NCBI GenBank assembly: GCA_965263295.1
Contig: OZ253665.1
Span: forward strand, 992,001-1,056,000
Direction: 5' to 3'
Origin: Spirochaetia bacterium
GTDB lineage: Bacteria > Spirochaetota > Spirochaetia > SP-2023
Length of the DNA stretch: 64,000 nt
Positions 20,412 through 29,985 of the stretch are shown piece after piece. Position numbers and translations under genes: made by a program. Below the pieces are notes generated by a model. That model was not told where the DNA came from, did no database searches, and worked only from the letters and a program-made list of their open reading frames with translations. Numbering within the stretch: position 1 is the stretch's first letter; each line of letters opens with the position of its first letter.

Positions 20412-20858
20412 TCAACCCTCTAGGTTGAAGATTTGGCCCGTTCTGGCATTGTGAGCGCTTGGGCGCCCCGAACCATTCCATTTTAGTGATCTATCGACGT
20501 TTGCAATCTTGCGGGCCAGCAAGCGGCATTCTTCTTGCAATATCCCGCTCAGGTCCTCGTGCGCGGCAATGGCCCGTTCAATTAGATGCTTGACATGTTG
20601 GCGCTTGGTGCCAGGCCATTGCCGCGCCACTTTTTCGTATATCAGGACGGCATCGACATGTTCTTGCACCAGTCTGCTGTAGTCGTAAAACTCACTATGG
20701 CTCAGCCCGCTACCCACATCAGGACAACCGAGGCGCTGGGTAAAATAGACGAGCAGCGCATGCAGTTTGGCAACGCGTTCCTCCAGCTGACAAAGCTCGC
20801 GTTCCTGCGCTATTTCAAAGGGGGAATCTCCGCCTGCCTGCACGCGCACAGTTGCCAC
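20412..20858 (-). CDS. Hypothetical helical protein
   Basis: 148 aa ORF filling the gap between the malY-like gene and polA on the same strand; coiled-coil-like. Confidence 0.6.
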   Translation of the reverse strand: MATVRVQAGGDSPFEIAQERELCQLEERVAKLHALLVYFTQRLGCPDVGSGLSHSEFYDYSRLVQEHVDAVLIYEKVARQWPGTKRQHVKHLIERAIAAHEDLSGILQEECRLLARKIANVDRSLKWNGSGRPSAHNARTGQIFNLEG

Positions 20859-20866
20859 TCCATTCG

Positions 20867-22072
20867 CTATGTTTTCGCTATGTTAGGGTCGCTTTGGGCG
20901 TAGGCCTGCTTCCACTGTTCTAGCGCTTGAAGCAAGAGCCCTTGCTCGCAGGCAAAATTAATGCGGACACAACTATTGCCGTGGTATAGATCCCCCCAGC
21001 CCAAAGCCAGACCTGCATCCATGAAGAATTTGCGCAAGGCGGCAGGATCTCCATGTAAAAAGTCCCGGCAGTCTACCCAATATAAATAAGTGCCTTCAGG
21101 CATGCTGTGTCGCAGCTCGGGAAATTCTTTTTGGATGAAATCATGCAGAATATTGCGATTTTGGTCGAGGTGACGCAGTAATTGGCCTAGCCATTCGCGG
21201 GCTTCCGGGCGCGTATAGCAAGCTTGCAAAGCTAAGTGCCCCATCAGGGATATATTGCCAATCTCAAACTGCCTGCAGAATTTGCCTAGCTTTTCGAGCA
21301 GGGCCTGGTTGCGGCTCAAGAGATAGGCGCTCCGTAAAGCGGGAATATTAAAAGTTTTGCTCGGCGCTGAGATCATAATGATTTTGTCATAGCTCAAACA
21401 GAATTCACTTCGCAGTATGCATTGATGCCGATGCTCCGGGTATATTAAATCGAAGTGAATTTCGTCGCTGATTAGATAGAGGTCATACTTCTGACAAATG
21501 GATATGACTTCGTTGAGCTCCTGCTGGCTCCAAACCTTGCCCATTGGATTGTGCGGGCTGCACAGCAGGAATATACGCGGTCGCGCGGGGCTCTGCTGAA
21601 TTTGCCGTTCCAACAGTTCAAAATCAATTGTAAAACGCCCTCCCTCATCGACCGTCAGGTAGTTTTCCAGCATTCTGCGACCCGATGCCTCAATGGTCGG
21701 GTAAAAATGATTGTAGGCCGGGCTGTTCAAGATGACGGCTTCATCTGGCGCACAGAGTGATTCAATACAAACGGCTAAGGCTTCAAGTACTCCGGCAAAA
21801 ATCAGACAGTCCCGCGATTTGAGGCCCTTAACTCCATGTGTAGACTCAAGCCAGTTCAATATGGCAAGGCGGCTATTTTCTTCCTGGGCCTTGCTGGAGT
21901 AGCCATAAACTCCGTGTGCCAAACACTGGCGGATGGTGTCTTGTACAACGGTCGGAGCCCGGCAATCCATATCAGCTACCCATAGCGGCAGCAGGTTTTC
22001 GCGGCCAAAATGCTCTTGAAGTGCGTCATACTTTTTGCTATTACTGCCTTTGCGGTCTATAAATTCAAGCAT
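20867..22072 (-). CDS. MalY/PatB family PLP-dependent C-S lyase
   Basis: LWVADMD, GVYGY, LCSPHNPMG, SDEIH, APSKTFN, EGTYLYW, RINFAC. Confidence 0.92.
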   Translation of the reverse strand: MLEFIDRKGSNSKKYDALQEHFGRENLLPLWVADMDCRAPTVVQDTIRQCLAHGVYGYSSKAQEENSRLAILNWLESTHGVKGLKSRDCLIFAGVLEALAVCIESLCAPDEAVILNSPAYNHFYPTIEASGRRMLENYLTVDEGGRFTIDFELLERQIQQSPARPRIFLLCSPHNPMGKVWSQQELNEVISICQKYDLYLISDEIHFDLIYPEHRHQCILRSEFCLSYDKIIMISAPSKTFNIPALRSAYLLSRNQALLEKLGKFCRQFEIGNISLMGHLALQACYTRPEAREWLGQLLRHLDQNRNILHDFIQKEFPELRHSMPEGTYLYWVDCRDFLHGDPAALRKFFMDAGLALGWGDLYHGNSCVRINFACEQGLLLQALEQWKQAYAQSDPNIAKT

Positions 22073-22082
22073 AACAACTCCT

Positions 22083-23354
22083 TTAAGGTAGTAAAATAAG
22101 CTGTTCGTCGATCACTGTTAAATGCCCCAATGTCTTAAAGCTTTTGCCTTGCACCTGCATCAAGGTAACGGCTTTGAGCACATCCCCGGAATTGTCGAAG
22201 TTGATCTTACCAGAAACACCGGAGTAATTTTTTGTCTTCTGGATATATTTGCGAATTGATGAACCATTGATTGAAGCGAATTCCATTTCGTGTGCACTAC
22301 GTATTGCCCCCAGAACAATATTGGCAGCATCGTAAGTATTATAACTATAACTGTCCGGCTCCATACCGTAAAGCTCCTGGAAGCGGTTTTTGAAATTTAT
22401 GCTCTCAGGCAATTCTGGAATGACACTTGAAATAAAAATGACTCCTTCACCCAGGTCACCCAATGTTGCAAAAAGATCATCAATATAAAATGTTTCTCCA
22501 CTTATCACATTTATTCCCCAACTAATTTCTTGTATATCTTGTAGAATTGTTACTGTGTCCTCTATATAATTGGGCAGAAATAAGGCTTTGGGCTGAGTGT
22601 CGCGCAACAATTTTAATTCATCTCGATATTGTATTTTATCGCGTTCGGCCTCCAGTGAAAGCGTGATTTTGCCGCCGGCAAGTTCGTATTTCTTCCCGAC
22701 ATCCTGGGCCAACGAAATACTGTAGTTGTCATTAGTATATAGAATTGCCATGTTGTCGTAATTTAAAATGTTTGCAATATATGACCCTAGAACCTTGGCC
22801 TGCAAAGAATCGCTGACAATAGTACGAAAGATATAGGGACTTTTAGTCGTCAGTTTTGTATTGGTCGCCGAGCCAGAAATCATTGGCACTTGGGCGCGCA
22901 ACAACGAATCGGCGACGGGCATAGCTACCCTAGATAAAGAAGGCCCCAGCAGGGCCACAATTTTATCTTCCTTCAGCATTTCTTCTGCGAGTTTTACACC
23001 TAGTTCAGGGTCACCTTCGGTATCTTTAATAATGAGTCTAACCTGATAACCATTCTCTTCCTGTCGTTTCTTAAATTCTTCAAACGCCATTTCAGCGGCC
23101 TTGGCTTGAGGAATGCCATAACTTGAGTCTTTTCCGCTTAACGGCCCCATAAAGCCAATATTGTATACCGGTGTTTCTCGACAGCCGTTGAATAATGTGC
23201 AGAAGAATATCCCAAGGAATGTGAATATATAAAACCAAGGGAAAGCACTCAAGCATTGTAAAGTCTGGCCTGAATGTTTTTTACAAATGTCCATTTTAAA
23301 ACCCTTTTCATCCCTAAAAATTATAGAGGTATACTGCTTTGGAGATTTTTTCAT
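22083..23354 (-). CDS. LivJ-like ABC substrate-binding lipoprotein
   Basis: Lipobox LFNGC; IGFMGPLSG, DTEGDP, YIFRTIVSD, YDAANIV, GVSGKINFD. Start 23354 or 23294. Confidence 0.85.
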   Translation of the reverse strand: MKKSPKQYTSIIFRDEKGFKMDICKKHSGQTLQCLSAFPWFYIFTFLGIFFCTLFNGCRETPVYNIGFMGPLSGKDSSYGIPQAKAAEMAFEEFKKRQEENGYQVRLIIKDTEGDPELGVKLAEEMLKEDKIVALLGPSLSRVAMPVADSLLRAQVPMISGSATNTKLTTKSPYIFRTIVSDSLQAKVLGSYIANILNYDNMAILYTNDNYSISLAQDVGKKYELAGGKITLSLEAERDKIQYRDELKLLRDTQPKALFLPNYIEDTVTILQDIQEISWGINVISGETFYIDDLFATLGDLGEGVIFISSVIPELPESINFKNRFQELYGMEPDSYSYNTYDAANIVLGAIRSAHEMEFASINGSSIRKYIQKTKNYSGVSGKINFDNSGDVLKAVTLMQVQGKSFKTLGHLTVIDEQLILLP

Positions 23355-23468
23355 AACACCTTCAGAAACCCATACACCATAAAAACAAGGCTTGCAAGTT
23401 TTTTAATCAGATATAATTTGATATATTAAAATCTGTGTAAAATTATAAAATCATGTTTTTGAAATAAA

Positions 23469-25187
23469 TCATTCCCATTCAATGGTTGCCGGCGGTTTGG
23501 CAGAAATATCGTAAACGACCCGACTGATTTGCGGGAAGCGATTGCTAATGCGAGTGGAAATTTTTTGCAGTTGCTCATAGCTGAATGGATAAATTTCTGC
23601 GCTCATGCCATCGACCGAAGTGATGGCTCGCAAAGCAATTACGGGTCCATAATGACGGCTGTCGCCAGTGACGCCCACACTTTGCACGGGCAGTAGAACG
23701 GCAAAGGCTTGCCAAATTTGGGCATAAATGCCCAGTTCACGCAAAGTTTCGCAGTAAACGTGATCAATATCACGCAACAGATCAATTTTGGCCTTGTCAG
23801 TGTCACCCAAAACGCGTATGGCCAAGCCGGGGCCAGGAAAAGGTTGCCGTTGGGTGATGTCGCGGCTCAATCCCAGATTCTCGCCTAGGCGTCTTACCTC
23901 GTCTTTATACAAGCTGGCCAAGGGTTCAATCAGGCGCTTTTGCTCGCGCAGCTCACGCACGAGAGGGGTACTCACGTTATGATGAGATTTAATCGTCACA
24001 GCATAAGTGCCGACACCCATGCCGGACTCAATCATGTCGGTGTAGAGGGTGCCTTGGGCCAGGAAGTAGCGGGTGTCCGCGGGAAAGAGTTTGCGAATTT
24101 CGCGCTCCTGGATCCGTATAAATAGGTCGCCAATGATGCTGCGCTTCTTTTCAGGTTCTGAAATCCCAACCAGAGCCTGGAGAAACTCCGCGCGGGCGTC
24201 TACTTGGTGAACGTACTTGGCTCCGAGTTCGCTGAGTTGCATTGCAACTTGCTCGGTTTCACCGAGGCGCATCAGGCCAGTATCAAAGTAGAGCAGGTGG
24301 ATTTGTTCGGCGGGTAAGTGGCGCAGGAGCATTGCGGCCACGACAGATGAGTCTACGCCGCCAGAAATTAATAGTGCGACCGGCGAGTCTCTAACCTGCC
24401 GGCAAATTTCCTTTGCTTCGGCTTTTTGCCAGCTTTCCAGCGTCCAGCTGGTGGCGCAGTTACATATGGCCGCAGCAAAATTGGTCAAAAATTGCTGACC
24501 ATATTCGCAGTGACTGACTTCCGGGTGGAACTGCAAGCCGTAGAACTGAAAGTCTTTCGCTATTATCGCCGTGCTTTGTGTCTCGCTGAACCCCGCTGAT
24601 GCCAAACCGTTTTGCACCGCGTCGCGCAGAGCCGAGGAAGCGATATTCAGGCCTACCGAACGAACGATAGCCGGTAAACCGTGCTCACTTTGACCCAAAA
24701 GTTCGAACTGGGGCGGCAGGGACTTCAGGCTGTCGGCATGACTCATCCATGAAATGAAATCTGAAGCTATATATTTTGTCAGGAGCTCATCCGGTTGCAG
24801 GACATAGACCGAGTTGGGGCCATATTCTTTGTGCTCCAGAGCCTCTACTCGACCTCCGAGATGCTGGCTGAACCAGTGCAGACCGTAGCAGATTCCCAAA
24901 GTTGGCACGAGGGCGGCCAATGCCAAAATCTGTTCACAAGGCTGTGGTGCGTTTTCTTCGTAGACTGAAAATGGAGAACCAGAAAAAATTAGGCCCTTGA
25001 TGTTCTGTAAGTCGCATTCATGCAGCCATTTGAATACAGGCGTTAGCGGAGAAATAATCTGTGCATATACGCCGTGGTCGCGCAGGCGACGACATATCAG
25101 GTGTGCCGTCTGACCGCCAAAATCGACAACGAGAATTTGTTCTTTATCAGCTTGTATTTGCCGAACCGAGTTACAGTTGTTTTTCAT
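23469..25187 (-). CDS. guaA: GMP synthase (glutamine-hydrolysing)
   Basis: DFGGQ, GICYG, MSHAD, QFHPEV, SGGVDS, IKSHHNV, PFPGPGL, KPPATIEWE. Confidence 0.97.
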   Translation of the reverse strand: MKNNCNSVRQIQADKEQILVVDFGGQTAHLICRRLRDHGVYAQIISPLTPVFKWLHECDLQNIKGLIFSGSPFSVYEENAPQPCEQILALAALVPTLGICYGLHWFSQHLGGRVEALEHKEYGPNSVYVLQPDELLTKYIASDFISWMSHADSLKSLPPQFELLGQSEHGLPAIVRSVGLNIASSALRDAVQNGLASAGFSETQSTAIIAKDFQFYGLQFHPEVSHCEYGQQFLTNFAAAICNCATSWTLESWQKAEAKEICRQVRDSPVALLISGGVDSSVVAAMLLRHLPAEQIHLLYFDTGLMRLGETEQVAMQLSELGAKYVHQVDARAEFLQALVGISEPEKKRSIIGDLFIRIQEREIRKLFPADTRYFLAQGTLYTDMIESGMGVGTYAVTIKSHHNVSTPLVRELREQKRLIEPLASLYKDEVRRLGENLGLSRDITQRQPFPGPGLAIRVLGDTDKAKIDLLRDIDHVYCETLRELGIYAQIWQAFAVLLPVQSVGVTGDSRHYGPVIALRAITSVDGMSAEIYPFSYEQLQKISTRISNRFPQISRVVYDISAKPPATIEWE

Positions 25188-25376
25188 AGCCTGGAAAATC
25201 CTAAGAAATAGTCGTTACAGACATTTTGCGCAAATGCAGCTCACAAAATCCCAGGCGGCAAGTATACTGTATCGCCGCTACGCCACAAGCTCCACGCGGG
25301 TGCATTGGGAAATACAACGAGAGAAAAGTAAGCAATGGAATCAAATGACACTTAAAATCGGGGAAGCTCTTTCTGC

Positions 25377-25404
25377 TTGACTTTTTGCGATAAACTTACA
25401 TAAT
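25377..25404 (+). promoter_or_regulatory. Putative sigma-70 promoter for carD-ispF
   Basis: TTGACT-16 nt-CATAAT about 210 nt upstream of the carD ATG. Confidence 0.35.
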
Positions 25405-25614
25405 TACTCACTTCAATATTAGCTGTGCCACTATAAATCGTTTGCGGCCAGAGCTAGGACTTAGTATTTTATTTGACGTACCCAAATTGTTTTTGTTCCA
25501 TTTTTTTTCTGATAAAATCCCGTATTTTGTCTTCGTGTGTGCAATAATGCCTTGTCTAAACGCAATAGCACAGGGGGCCAAACCGAGTATTGCATTTAAT
25601 CTAGGAAGGACTAC

Positions 25615-26283
25615 ATGGCAAAAGAACCTGTAAAACAACCTGATAACAGCGTAGAATACATAGAGACTCCTGTCAAGATTGAGCCGCAGAAGGCTGGAGG
25701 CAAAAAGGCTCCCGGCAAGAAAAATCCGGCTGCCAAGACTGAAAGAGAAGCCACAGTGACTTCCAGCCGCAAGTCTGCGGCCTCCAAACGGGTGGGCTTC
25801 AAGGTCGGACAGGATGTCGTTTATCCGCTGCAGGGTGTCGGTAAAATTACAGAAAAATCTAGCCGCGAGTTTAAAGGCGAAAACGTCGATTATTATACTA
25901 TTTATATCGCCGCTACGGACATGACGGTAATGCTGCCTGTCGACAAGGTGTACGAGTTAGGCTTGCGGCCTATTGTTCCCAAGGCAGATGCGGAACAGGC
26001 CCTAAAGTCAATGTCGGACAAAAACGAACCGTTAACTAGTGACTGGAAAATACGTTATCAGAATAATCTGGACCTGCTAAAAGAAGGCGGGGTTATGGAT
26101 ATTGCTACCGTCGTGCGCTCTTTATATCATCGTAGCAAGGTTAAAGAGCTACCGATTCTAGAGCGCAAGCTATATGACAACGCGCTGAAATTGATGATAG
26201 ACGAGATATCTCTGGCTCTGATACGTGAAAAGGAAGAAATTGAAGATTTACTGCATACCCGGCTGGAGAATAGCAACAACTAA
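25615..26283 (+). CDS. carD: CarD family transcription factor
   Basis: FKVGQDVVYPLQGVG, VMLPV, GLRPI, WKIRY, ERKLYD; basic N-terminal extension; AGGA RBS. Confidence 0.93.
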   Translation: MAKEPVKQPDNSVEYIETPVKIEPQKAGGKKAPGKKNPAAKTEREATVTSSRKSAASKRVGFKVGQDVVYPLQGVGKITEKSSREFKGENVDYYTIYIAATDMTVMLPVDKVYELGLRPIVPKADAEQALKSMSDKNEPLTSDWKIRYQNNLDLLKEGGVMDIATVVRSLYHRSKVKELPILERKLYDNALKLMIDEISLALIREKEEIEDLLHTRLENSNN

Positions 26284-26811
26284 ATGCAGATCCGAATTGG
26301 GCAGGGTTATGATTTGCACCGTTTGCGCGCCGAAACGGGAGCTGGGCTTTATCTCGGGGGATTTCTGGTGCGTTGTAACTATGTCGCCGTGGCCCACTCT
26401 GACGGCGACGTGCTCTGTCATGCCGTCATTGACAGTTTGTTGGGGGCTTTAGCACTCGGCGATATTGGCACTCACTTTTCGCCGCAAGAAAAACGTTGGC
26501 GCAATGCGGACAGCCGAGAAATGCTGCGCTCTGTCTATCATGACTTAGTGTTGGCAAGGGGTTATCAGCTGCTGAACCTGGATTGCACGGTTGTCCTGCA
26601 AGAGGTCCGCCTGCGCCTATTGATTGATGACATCCGCAATCACTTGTTGCAGGCTTTTGACTGTCGTAAAGCTTATAATTTCCAGCAAGTTGCGGCATTA
26701 GATTTGGAACGAATCAGTGTAAAGGCCAAGACAAAAGAAGGGGTCGATGCTGTAGGACGTGGTGAGGCTGTAGAAGTTTTTGCCAGCTGCCTTTTACAGA
26801 AATTTCAGTGA
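26284..26811 (+). CDS. ispF: 2-C-methyl-D-erythritol 2,4-cyclodiphosphate synthase
   Basis: RIGQGYDLH, AHSDGDV, HAVIDSLLGA, GDIGTHF, SVKAKTKE. Confidence 0.96.
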   Translation: MQIRIGQGYDLHRLRAETGAGLYLGGFLVRCNYVAVAHSDGDVLCHAVIDSLLGALALGDIGTHFSPQEKRWRNADSREMLRSVYHDLVLARGYQLLNLDCTVVLQEVRLRLLIDDIRNHLLQAFDCRKAYNFQQVAALDLERISVKAKTKEGVDAVGRGEAVEVFASCLLQKFQ

Positions 26812-26822
26812 TTTCTTCTACG

Positions 26823-27863
26823 TTAATTTCTTATCAGATCCAATTCTTCAATACTGGCCTTAAACTCGCGTTTTTGGCCGAGCAGAGTCTCTGCGTAGCG
26901 TTGTTCGGTGGTTTCATTGAGCAACAAATGTATGTTTTTGAGTCCTAACCGAGGGGCAAATTCCTCTAAGAATCTGGCGAGCAAATAATTTTCCAAGTTT
27001 AATGCAGAGTATTCAGGTGCGCTGCAGCTCAGCAGGATGTGGGCACTTTGCGCCTGGTTCTGCCAGGTCCAATATAGCCTGGCTGCGATCTCACCACTAG
27101 GGTCCACGGCTTCTAGGCAATTTAGCCATGGAATGTCCTCACAAAGTTCGCACGACATGGCAAATGAAGTATTTTCTGTCGGCTGGCTGACACTGATTAA
27201 ACTTAAGCAATGCAGTAAGCTAAAGGCGCGAGACTGTTGTTTTATTTCATTTAGAGCGACGAACTCACGCGCGTACTCGCGCACTCGTGATCGCAGTTCA
27301 AAGTCTTCATGCAGGAGAGTTTCGGCTAGACTGGCTGCGGTTTCTTCCTCCTGTAAGCAGGTGCAAATATTCTCGGCTAAATTGTGGCCCAGTTGCCGCT
27401 CCCATTTATGCTCACGGCTTAGTTGCTTCAACAGCTCAAGCAAGTGCCTGGCTTGAGGGAATTCCGAAGAATACCAGGCTTTGAGATATTCACAAAAGCG
27501 CTGTTCTTTGAAAGTTTGCCAAGCGAGTTTTAATTCAGGGAACTTTTTCAAATAACTGCGATAACGTTTGAAAACCTGGTGCCGGCTGCGCAGAATTTTT
27601 AATAGTTCTGTACCGTTGTCTAGCTGTTCGCAGCTGCGGGCAAAGTTGTACATAAGGTCGTAACCTTGGTCCGAAGTCCATGGAGGCAAAGGAAATATGC
27701 TTTCTCCCAAGTACCCTGGCCCAATCTCTAGGAGCTCTGGTTCCAGTTCGACGAGGCTGCCTTTAGCCAGGTTGAGCCAGAGTTCACTTTGCCGGTTATG
27801 GTGTTCCAAGCTGTAAATTAGGGTACTCAGCGCCGGTAATTGATATTTGCGAGACATTGTCAA
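26823..27863 (-). CDS. UPF0158 family protein with C-terminal extension
   Basis: LPPWTSDQGYDLMYNFA and VFKRYRSYL...WQTFKEQR resemble UPF0158. Confidence 0.65.
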   Translation of the reverse strand: MTMSRKYQLPALSTLIYSLEHHNRQSELWLNLAKGSLVELEPELLEIGPGYLGESIFPLPPWTSDQGYDLMYNFARSCEQLDNGTELLKILRSRHQVFKRYRSYLKKFPELKLAWQTFKEQRFCEYLKAWYSSEFPQARHLLELLKQLSREHKWERQLGHNLAENICTCLQEEETAASLAETLLHEDFELRSRVREYAREFVALNEIKQQSRAFSLLHCLSLISVSQPTENTSFAMSCELCEDIPWLNCLEAVDPSGEIAARLYWTWQNQAQSAHILLSCSAPEYSALNLENYLLARFLEEFAPRLGLKNIHLLLNETTEQRYAETLLGQKREFKASIEELDLIRN

Positions 27864-27956
27864 TCCCTCCTTGCCCCTGTTCTTCTGCAGACCTCGCTAT
27901 TGCGAGAACACGGGACGAGAACGAGGTTCTAGAACACGGGGCAGGTGCCTGATTCC

Positions 27957-29090
27957 TTAAAAACCGTGCCTATGGCTTTGGTTCAATTGGTAGTCTTCTA
28001 AACAAGAGGCTATTATTTTATTTTCAATTAACTTGCATGCTACGTCTAGCTCTGCTGGCAATTGAGAATCTGTGGGATTTTTGTTGCGTTGAATGCCATT
28101 GTCGATCTTTAGTGGCACGGGATCTATGGCACACAGGTAGTAAAAGTGAAAATCGTAGTAATCCACCTTCACCACGTCGACGCGAAGCTGACATTTCAAG
28201 CGCTGACATTCTGAAGCAAGCGCCAGCCAGTCTCTGTCGGGAAACACATTTTGCAGTTTTTCCAGATCAAAACTGGCAAGATTGTCCCAAGACTTTTTTT
28301 GCACGTACAACGGTAAAGCCATGCGTTGCTCTGGCAAAGGCGTCAAAGGGATTTGCCCCAAGTAGTAATGCCAGCGATAGCGGCGCAGCCCGGAGCGACT
28401 AGTTAAAACTAGGCTCAGGACGTTGTTTGGCAAGCCTTGGATGCGATAAATGGCACAACGGTCTGTCGGGTCCTGATCTGTGGCCGAAGGTGTATGGACA
28501 AAGCCGGGATTGTCGATAAGGCCTTTGTCTGTTGAGGCTTGCTCGTCAGCCAATTCTCGTTGTTGAGGGACTTTTTGCCGGGCCGTATCTGCAGGGTGCC
28601 CCAGATGGCTTAAAATACGCCGCAATCTAAATAAATATGCGACTAAAGCAAGATGCAGCAATGCTGCGAAAAATTTTAATGTAAAACCAATTAGAGTGCT
28701 GAATTCTCTCGGATTGTCTGTGCCCTGCAGCAGGGCTTCCAGTTTGTGGCGATATATCCAGTAGGCAATCGCCAGAATACTGAGCAATAAAGCGGGAAAG
28801 AACCATTGCCCCAGACTGCTCCAAGCATCGCGGCGAGCTATTTTCTGCAGATATTCAGTTTCTACCCGGTTACAGAATCGTCGAAAACTGGCCTTTTGAG
28901 CTTGTAATTCCAGTGGAGCGTACGGTTTTGCCGCCGATTCGGGAGGTTCTGCGGGGATACCTAGGTTAACTTTACCTGAAGATAAAGGAGCGAGGTTCAT
29001 ACGAACACAACATTGTCCGCAGAATGACAAAAGAAACAAGGGGGATTCAAAGGATTCAAAGGATTCAAAGGATTCAAGATTTTCTGTCAA
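27957..29090 (-). CDS. Hypothetical membrane protein (two TM helices)
   Basis: Long ORF with two hydrophobic segments; start uncertain (TTG 29090 or ATG near 29000). Confidence 0.6.
   Translation of the reverse strand: MTENLESFESFESFESPLFLLSFCGQCCVRMNLAPLSSGKVNLGIPAEPPESAAKPYAPLELQAQKASFRRFCNRVETEYLQKIARRDAWSSLGQWFFPALLLSILAIAYWIYRHKLEALLQGTDNPREFSTLIGFTLKFFAALLHLALVAYLFRLRRILSHLGHPADTARQKVPQQRELADEQASTDKGLIDNPGFVHTPSATDQDPTDRCAIYRIQGLPNNVLSLVLTSRSGLRRYRWHYYLGQIPLTPLPEQRMALPLYVQKKSWDNLASFDLEKLQNVFPDRDWLALASECQRLKCQLRVDVVKVDYYDFHFYYLCAIDPVPLKIDNGIQRNKNPTDSQLPAELDVACKLIENKIIASCLEDYQLNQSHRHGF
29043..29077. repeat. 9-bp tandem repeat (ggattcaaa) x3.9
   Basis: Direct inspection; encodes (FES)n at the 5' end of the ORF. 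Confidence 0.9.
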
Positions 29091-29192
29091 GTTTTATGCA
29101 CAAACAGCGAGAATTCATGCTTCATTCATTTTGTACTTGTATAATAAATTTTTGTAGCGCTCTACCCCAAAGAGAATAATGGAGATATATTT

Positions 29193-29942
29193 ATGTTAAT
29201 GAAGGCAGACGGCAAGCATATATTGTTGGTTGAAGATGAGAGCCAGATCCGCAAACTTTTGTACGACTTTCTCAGTTCAAGAGGTTTTGAGGTTAGCGTT
29301 GCAGCGGATGGTGCTGAAGGGATTAAGAAGTTTTTTACCGCACAGCCGGATATTATTTTACTGGATATCATGATGCCAGGAGAAGATGGATTTTCTGTGC
29401 TGACCAAAATCAGGGAGCGCAGTTTTGTGCCCGTTATTATGATTACCGCACGAGTCGATATCGAAGACCGCATCAGGGGCTTGAATTCTGGCGCCGATGA
29501 TTACGTATGTAAACCTTTTTCATTTAAGGAGCTGGAATCCCGCATTTTGGCTAACCTACGTTATCCTCAGAGGAGTTTGACGTCTGATGGTGAGGCTACG
29601 GAAGCGGGATCGTCCTCAGGAGAGGGAGACCTGGAACTCAAACTCGGTGGGCTGCATCTCAATGCGGCCTATCACAGCTGTACCTATGCCGGGCGGGAAG
29701 TGCGTCTCACGGCAATGCAGTTCATTATATTAAGTCTTTTAATGGAAAAGGCTGGGCGTGTTTTTAACCGGGATCAAATAGGCGATGCCCTGAGTATGAA
29801 TGGTGCCTATGAAGGGTTCCACCGTACGATAGATGCACATATCAAGAATTTACGCAAAGCCTTGCAGGCTGTAGGTTGTGACGGCAATATTATCGAAACA
29901 GTACGCGGAGTCGGATATAAATTTGCGGTTCAAGACTCATGA
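29193..29942 (+). CDS. OmpR/BaeR family response regulator
   Basis: LLVEDE, LDIMMP, GADDYVCKPF, RTIDAHIKNLRK, TVRGVGY. Confidence 0.95.
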   Translation: MLMKADGKHILLVEDESQIRKLLYDFLSSRGFEVSVAADGAEGIKKFFTAQPDIILLDIMMPGEDGFSVLTKIRERSFVPVIMITARVDIEDRIRGLNSGADDYVCKPFSFKELESRILANLRYPQRSLTSDGEATEAGSSSGEGDLELKLGGLHLNAAYHSCTYAGREVRLTAMQFIILSLLMEKAGRVFNRDQIGDALSMNGAYEGFHRTIDAHIKNLRKALQAVGCDGNIIETVRGVGYKFAVQDS

Positions 29943-29985
29943 CTGATTGATGGCTAAATTGGGCGCAAATCGGGCGGAGGTGTAA

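Noticed and set aside
20412..20858. Possible FlgN-like flagellar chaperone
   Set aside because: Only size, helicity and the C-terminal pattern suggest it; no flagellar gene context.
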